Assembly: GCF_001194135.2 (NCBI RefSeq)
Contig: NC_069000.1
Coordinates: 9,149,604 to 9,213,603 of the forward strand
Length of the DNA: 64,000 bases
From: Octopus bimaculoides
Taxonomy: Eukaryota
Reading direction: 5' to 3'
Shown here: positions 56,691-64,000 of the stretch, in pieces
Layout: each line of letters opens with the position of its first letter
Position numbering within the stretch: the stretch's first letter is position 1
Notes under the pieces: model-generated
Databases searched by the model: none
What the model was told of the DNA's origin: nothing
Seen by the model: only the letters and a program-made list of their open reading frames with translations
Program-made: the position numbers and the translations under genes

Positions 56691-59600
56691 TGACAATACA
56701 TTCAAAGGTAGAGTCTCAGCAATGACTGAAATACATATGAGTGCAATATTAAACAACCAGACAACAATCAGAGTAGCACCTGTTCAACTACTTAAAACAT
56801 TATTAAAGAAGTTACTATGAACATTATAATAGTTATTCTCACATGAAGAATATTTGCCAACAATTGATTCTCACTAAGCTACTGATGTTTATTTCAAAAC
56901 AAACAACAAAAGAATAATAGAATTTTCCCTTTAAAAGTAATTCAAAACAAATTATATGTTTAATTGTGCATATAATATTAAAAATATTTTTATTTCATTT
57001 TTAAAGCTATATTTATGAGTATTTATTTGTATATTTCTAGAGACATATTTTGAAATATATTGGCAATTTTTTTTGTTTTCCATTTAGTTATTTTTGCTAT
57101 AATTATGTATACTTTTATCATCACCTCTGTAGACAGATGATTAATTTTAATATCTTTATCAGATGTCCGCTTTTCATCCCCTACCAACACACATCCATCC
57201 TTTTCCTCCATCTTCACATCCCACTCTCATATAATAATTCAAGTTAATTCTGTTCAAACAGTACAGTAGAATCTAACCCCGTAGTTAAAATGCACTCTAA
57301 TAATAACATTTGACCACATCATTAAATATACCAGGCTATGAAAATAGCCAACACGTTCTCTAATTATAAAAGAACAAAGAAATTATTATGACACCAGTCA
57401 GATAATGATCTGTGATAGTAACTGTGGAATATAAAAGATGAAAATAGTCACAACCCACCCTTCACTCCCATTTCCCTGATTCATGTCCCCTTTTTTGTCT
57501 CTAACTAGAGTACTACCTATTTAGAGACTATGTGCATATCTATCTATCATTCTTTTCTAATGAAGCATTAGCTTTCTCTTCACCTCACCACAATTTACTC
57601 TACCTCCATTTGTTTCTTTTTTTCTTGACTTTCTTGTGTGTTACAAGGACATTCAAAATAAATATTAGTTAGCAAACATATGTATGCATGTGTGTTTTGC
57701 ACTTTTTGCAGAGGGTCATATTAGCAATGCCATGTATATGAAAGTATTTATGATAAATATTTCAACCAAAGATTTATGAATTGACATCCTTATCAACCTA
57801 CAAACCAATACATTCTCTATTCATTTCAAATCAATGCATGCTTTAAATACAGCTGTTAAACAGCAAGTTTCTAATTACTTAGAATCATAGAACATAGCAA
57901 CTTAAAAAATGATAAACACTGGTTCTTTTAACACACACCAGATAAGTAAACAGTTGATGGAAAATACACACAAAATAAATAATATTAATAAAAGAACAGG
58001 ACTTCCTCTAAAAAAAATAAGCTTTAAAAGATTCCTTGAATTGAGTGAATTTGAATCTCTAAATTTCTTGTTGTTACATATATCTTAAAACAAAATTTGT
58101 GTGACCATTTTCTAACAGTGTCCATTTATATTTTCCAACTCAGTAAAATGTAATAGGTGAAGTAATTGTACTTTAAGGTAATTAAATATACTAAGTTAAA
58201 ATTTAGGCACAGACACAAATAAAAGGAAAACAAAAGCTTAATGGTATAACTGTGCAATTCTCTACCAAGTAGACTACTGGAAAAAAACATGTAAGTTATT
58301 ATAAAAGAAATTTCAATAAATAAAAAAGCAGTGCTCCAGCATGGCCGCAGTCAAATGACTGAAACAAGTAAAAGAATAAAAGAGGAACTGAAAAATAAGC
58401 TCAGAAAATGCTGATGTTTAAAGAAAGAAACATAAATCAAGTATATTGATGACTCTGCAGACAATTGGTAGAGCATTCACATCACAATATAGGACAGACT
58501 ACCAACCTCCCTCTCTCCCTCTCATTCAGAACAATATAGTTCCTCAACCTACTAGAAATAGCAGCCAGGTCTCAATCTACTAAACCTTACTGAAAATAAG
58601 ATGGATGGAGCTGACTTTGGGATTGAACAGCAACTGCAACAACAACACGAGACTGCACTTGGATGTTATGGCATAAGTTTTGGATGTCATGTTCATAAAG
58701 TTTGAAATTTTTTGAAAACTGGGTTTGAATGTTCTTGGAGCCTTTCCCAAAAGGATTAAGTGGTGTATGTAATGTGAGATGAAACTAACCAGGAGTCAAA
58801 AACCTAATTAGTAAGGAGTGTATAGAACTCTCCTTGTCAGCATATGACACTACCTTCTAACCTTAGTACAGTTTTGTGAGGATGGGTGCAGTCAATGTAA
58901 CTGCCATCACTGCTGCCAAAGCTATTACTTATTTTATTGACCTCAGAAGAATGAAAGCAAAGTCGGTAGGATTTGAACTTCAAACATAAAGAAACACCAC
59001 TACAAATTATTCACTGTTAAATCCTATTTTCTTTACACTCTCTTGTTTGTACACAATATTAATAATGTATTTAATCTATTTTCTCCAGTTTTACTTGCTT
59101 TATTGCCTTGTTTCTGTCATGCAATCATAAGAGAAATGATACACTTACAATCTCATCCTTTAAACACCAGCCAATTGTATGCCTATTTCAGTCTGATATA
59201 CTGAAAGAAGAGGAGTAATATGCCTTGACAACACAATTGCTGTAGCAAAGAGTCAAACTCTTTGTTAAATAATTGAGTAAAGCAGTGCATAGATTTTAAA
59301 AATATCTCTGAAATTGTGGAATGGCTTCTTTTTATCTCTTACTGGGAGTTGAAATAGAGAAAGAAACAAGCTAGCCTGGACAAAGCAAAACAAAAATGCA
59401 GCAAGAGGGAAGTAAGAGTTAAAAGAAAAAGATGGAGTAAGAATCCAGAAGAAAAAAAAGAGGAAAGAGAGTAGGATTGGGATAATAGATAAACATGTAA
59501 ATGAGGAAAGAAGAGAAAGAAATAATCATATTTATATAAAAAATAAAATTAAAATTAAAAAAACTCAGAAAACTTAACCCCAAAAAAACAAAACAAACTC

Positions 59601-60444
59601 AAAGACAGAAACCTTTATTGCAAATACATAGCAAAACTTCATACATGGAGGAATAAATAAAACATTCTTCCAACAGATAAATTACAATAAGACACTTGTC
59701 GACATTTTCATGCGCCATGTTATGTTTGGAGCAAGCTGAAGATTCATTCTTACATACTAGATGTGTTTTTCTTGACAACTAGAAATTGTTGTCTTGTTTT
59801 TTACTTTTGTTTATGTAGTTATTAACTTCAGTCAACTTTACAACACAAATGCCTTCATAATTGAAGCTATAGTAGCTACAAATAAAGACACGATAGAAAC
59901 CTTTTAGACATAAACAATGATTTCAGTATGAAATCAAAGCTGTCATGATTTAACTACATATATTATTGCAATTTTGTGAAGCAAATAAATAAATAAAATA
60001 CATCACTTGTATAACATAAATTTAGATATTTTGATACTTGAATCACAATGAGAAGTTTAAAATATGTAATTTTCAGCATTTCAGAATTTTTTTTGAAAAA
60101 TTTAGGAAAAAATTGATGGTAATATTAGCAATCAGTGGCAACAAATTGGCCAATATAACCTGTATTTATTTTGGAATATTTATGAGTCTAATCAAGAAAT
60201 AACTGCATCAACTTCCCATCCCAGTAACAACAAAAACAACAGCAGTATCATTTATTAAAGGTGTCAGCTAAAAGAAGCAAAGAAGTAAGAAAAAAATTTT
60301 TGAAAAATAAAACTACTGCAAAACAAAACATGATTTTTAAAGCATTCAGGTATTTTCAGAATATTTTATTCAGTTTTCAAAATAAATAATGGTAAGAAAA
60401 CAACAAAAAGTTGCTCAATCTATAAAGTTGACATGTACACATGC

Positions 60445-60475
<31 letters not shown>

Positions 60476-60699
60476 ATTGTTTCTAAAAAGACCCCAATAT
60501 AAATATGTAAATATATAAATACTTAGTTTATACATTCAACTATACAGAAAGCCTACTTTATTAAACTAGTGAAAGCATAATTGTGTATATGTGTGTGTGA
60601 ATATATATATTTATATATACACACACACACATATACACATACATATAATGATGATGATGAATACGATGGTAATGACGATGATGATATTGGTTTCTACTT

Positions 60700-60895
60700 T
60701 TGACGCAAGGTCAGTAATTTCAGGGGAGGGCGTAAGTTGATTACATTGACCCAGAAATTAACTGGTACTTATTTTATCAACTTTGAAAGGATGAAAAGCA
60801 AAGTTTACCTCGGCAGAATTTGAACTCAGAATGTTAAGACAGACGAAATACCACTAAACATTTTGCCTGGCATGCTGGCAATTTTGCCAGCTTGC
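60700..60895 (-). mobile_element. SINE family 1 copy
   Basis: actggtacttattttatcaactttgaaaggatgaaaagcaaagtttacctcggcagaatttgaactc. Confidence 0.8.
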
Positions 60896-63416
60896 TGCAA
60901 TGATAATAATAATAGTAATAATAATAATAATAATAATGATGATGATGATAATATAATCCATTTATTTGTCACCAAGACCACTTATTCATACATGCATAAC
61001 ATCTCACAAAAGGATTTAAAGGACCTACTGGGGAATATGACATGATGCAATATATATGTATATATNNNNNNNNNNNNNNNNNNNNNNNNNNNNNNNNNNN
61101 NNNNNNNNNNNNNNNNNNNNNNNNNNNNNNNNNNNNNNNNNNNNNNNNNNNNNNNNNNNNNNNNNNNNNNNNNNNNNNNNNNNNNNNNNNNATATATATA
61201 TATATATATATATATATAATAGCAGAGAGGCAGATGGAAATAAAAGACACAACAGCAATTTAAATTCCATCAAAATAATGAGTTTGAAGTTCAGCAATAA
61301 ACCTACTACTTTGTAGGAGAGAAATATAGTTGATGGAATAATCACTAGTACATTACTTGTACAGAATGTAACAAGTTGATGTTAAATACAACGATACCTT
61401 TAGTTTGACACTCAAAAAATTTCTGTAACTACACTACCCTTTAAGAACAGTAGCTATGGTTGCCTTCTGTAATCTAGATACAATTCTTTCATTCATTTAT
61501 ATATATATATACATTATTTAATAACAGTTTTATTTGGTTCCATGCAGCTTAAAGTTTTACGGGCTCGTAAAATGAACCTAGCTCTTCAGGCATGGGTAAC
61601 CAAATCACATAATTCCTACCAAATATGTTGAGTGCCGCTGTCTTTCATTCAACTCAAGCATATACACACATGAAAAATAGATGAAAAATACTGTGATCAT
61701 GATTCATTGATTACAATGCAGTAATCTTTGAACAGAAGACATACATTCAAAATCCTTCATAAGTTGAAAGACTGCCCACCCACCCAAAAGTTTAGTTTTA
61801 TCTCTAAGATGATTCCTCTGGTTAAATTTCCAGGAGATAGTTTATAATAATTCTTATCTTGATTAACTAATACAGTTCTAACACAATTTGATGCTAAGCT
61901 ATTAATATATTAATCCTCTGACTTCAACAAGAAATTCGTATTTTCTGATTTCCTATTATTGGGTTGGATAATTCTGCAAATTTGAATATTTGTATATAAA
62001 TTATTACAGCAGTTATTTTTAAAGTTGAGTGCCTTACCTACTCAACTTTGAAGTGTATGCAGCAGGGAAGACATAAGGAATAAGAATAACGGTTATATAA
62101 TATACACTAAATTTATATTCAATATATTATATTTAAAGATCACTCATAAAATACAGTGTACTATTATAAATAATGGGTGAGATTTTGATGGAATAATAAT
62201 AGGATTTAAGGAATAACAATAGGATAACCTTTATAATTTAAACAAATATTTCATCAAGTATGTAATTCACAACCCTGTAAACTAATGTTCTCACACTAAT
62301 ATTATTATAAATGTAAGTTCTTGGTAATTTTTCTCTTAATCTTAATTTTTAGTGTGATTATTGTCAAATTATACTGTATTATTTGTATCCTCAGTGTTGT
62401 TACTGCTTATTATTGACTCATAAGACCATTTTAATAATGAATTGCTAGGAAAACTAAGATTAATCTCAATAATTGAATAGCAGCAATCAGGAACACAGCG
62501 TTGACATTAGGTAGTTATTTATGTAAATAAAACACGCAAAGGTTGTATGGAATGAAATTATATAAAGTAAAGTTCTCAGTAGATTTGAATGATAACAAAT
62601 TTGAAAGTGAAAATAAAATGGGACAAAACATTTATAAAAATTCTAAAAATATTTATAGTCAGAATATTAAGAAGATGTATGTAGAGAAGAATGTAGTTGT
62701 TATTTGAAAAGAGCTTATCTTAGAAAATTTCAGGCTTACATTGTAAGAAGTCTGATTGCAATACATTAAATGAATTGGGCCAAATTTTTATTTTAAAGTT
62801 AACTTATAATTTGATTACACAAACTTAACATCTATAATGACTTGTTAATTAAAACATCTGTGACTGAATAGTTATTTGACATCAGTTTATATATGTGCAT
62901 GTTTGTGCATGTGCATGCTTGCACACACAGATGCTGCTATAACTTTCAATGTAAAGATGAAGAATTATACACACATAGATTCATCTACATCTATATTCAA
63001 TAGTACTCATATACATAAATATTCATAGTCATATCTCTTGTAGATAATTATACATACATGCAGACAACTATGTAAGTATTTGTCCTAATTCTATATAATG
63101 TATTCTACAATCATAAAAGCATACATACAAATAATATTCCAGATATATTTGAAAACTCTACAAAACACTTCACACGGAAATATAAGCATGTCTTTCAATA
63201 ACAAAAAACACACAAAAGAAAAAGAATCAACAAAGGTTCAAATAAATTAAGTTCCGTGGATGATAAAGCGGAGAAGGACTACTGATGGAGCATAAAATCA
63301 TCTTCAAAACGGGTGACTAAAACAGCAAAATGTTGCGAGTCAGTCTATGGGGCAAAGGAGATCTATGGAGCAAGTCTATTGGCAAGAAAGTCAACTCATG
63401 TTTCATGCTTGCCTAC

Positions 63417-63869
63417 CCTTGAGGTATCCTTGTAGTGACTTTTTGAAGGTTTGCCATGGGACCCTCCATGTGCACGATGTCTGTTATGTCCATGTCTATT
63501 CTGAAGTTTGAGCACCTTCATCTCTTTACGAGCTTTACGACCCCGGATCATGGCCTGAATTTTCGTTGCAGCTTCATGAGCTCTTGGATCTTCTGGATCG
63601 ACTGGTGGCAGTGTTTTCTCTGCGTTTGCCTTCACTTTCATCACTTTCATTTGCTGGCGAGCTCGGAAACCACGAAACTGTGCCTGAATCTTGGTAGCAG
63701 CATGGTGAACATTTGGATCATGGAGAAGCACATTTTCATCCTGGGTTTGTGGTGACTCTGGATTCATGCGCTTGTGGTAGACATGCTGCTGCTGGTGCAT
63801 GTGTTTGTGGGGATGGTGACGGTGGTGGTGGTGGTGGTGATGTCCCTGTTGTTGTTTAGACATTTCATC
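63417..63869 (-). CDS. Exon with poly-His tract and two IQ motifs (HAATKIQAQFRGFRAR; EAATKIQAMIRGRKAR); either internal (donor after 63417) or terminal (stop at 63396-63398)
   Basis: Acceptor tcttatcag|GATGAAATG at 63870/63869, in frame with ORF 63396..63863. Possible donor AGG|GTAGGC gives 453 nt (151 codons). Reading through the donor gives VGKHET*. Confidence 0.85.
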
Positions 63870-64000
63870 CTGATAAGATTGACAAACAATTTCTAAAACT
63901 GAGATGGGTTTCTACATAGCGATATTATGTATATTGACAATGTAGACAAAAACAGAGAAGGATCTCAAATAGTTACTCTAGTAAGTATTCCTCTTAATAT

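Larger units (their letters stand above)
17593..63869 (-). other. Multi-exon gene model (5'-incomplete): multi-IQ calmodulin-binding, low-complexity protein of the GAP-43/neurogranin/PEP-19/Sp17-like type
   Basis: Five minus-strand exons with AG acceptors, all joining in phase 0 without stops apart from a gap-induced shift. Five IQxxxRG motifs with related upstream D-x-D-P-x-x-x-x-A-A-x-K context. Linkage of all exons into one transcript is inferred. Confidence 0.7.

Noticed and set aside
59150-59205. Consensus GTAAGT donor with an upstream acceptor on the minus strand
   Set aside because: Stops in all three frames.
61550-61585. Hairpin ttttacgggctcgtaaaa followed by CTAG (Helitron-like 3' end)
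   Set aside because: Not followed by T, and no matching 5' TC end identified.
37864-63869. Naming the gene ASPM, myosin, GAP43 or SPA17
   Set aside because: No CH, motor or RIIa domain in the window, and the IQ spacing is unlike ASPM; short-motif similarity cannot establish orthology.

Overview
AT-rich, microsatellite-dense eukaryotic draft sequence with many N gaps. The SINE, RTE and CR1 content and the (TA)n/(CA)n/(AAT)n load look like an octopus or other coleoid cephalopod scaffold (inference, no database check). Most ORFs in the supplied track are artefacts of microsatellites or N runs. The main coding signal is a minus-strand multi-exon model over about 17.6-63.9 kb, built from five exons with canonical AG/GT ends, all in phase 0: 63417-63869, 41531-41692, 37864-38601, 21252-22615 and terminal 17593-17664. 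Two of these (41531-41692 and 17593-17664) are absent from the ORF track. The predicted protein is low-complexity and probably largely disordered. It has five IQ calmodulin-binding modules of the GAP-43/neurogranin/PEP-19/Sp17 type, a His-rich segment and an 18-aa Ser/Pro tandem array rich in kinase motifs. The 5' end lies beyond the window, and the 63.4-63.9 kb exon may instead be a terminal exon. The rest is intronic/intergenic DNA with decayed RTE, RTE-X, CR1-like and mariner relics, TTAA-flanked MITEs, a foldback element and many SINE copies. No CRISPR array, rRNA or intact tRNA was seen.
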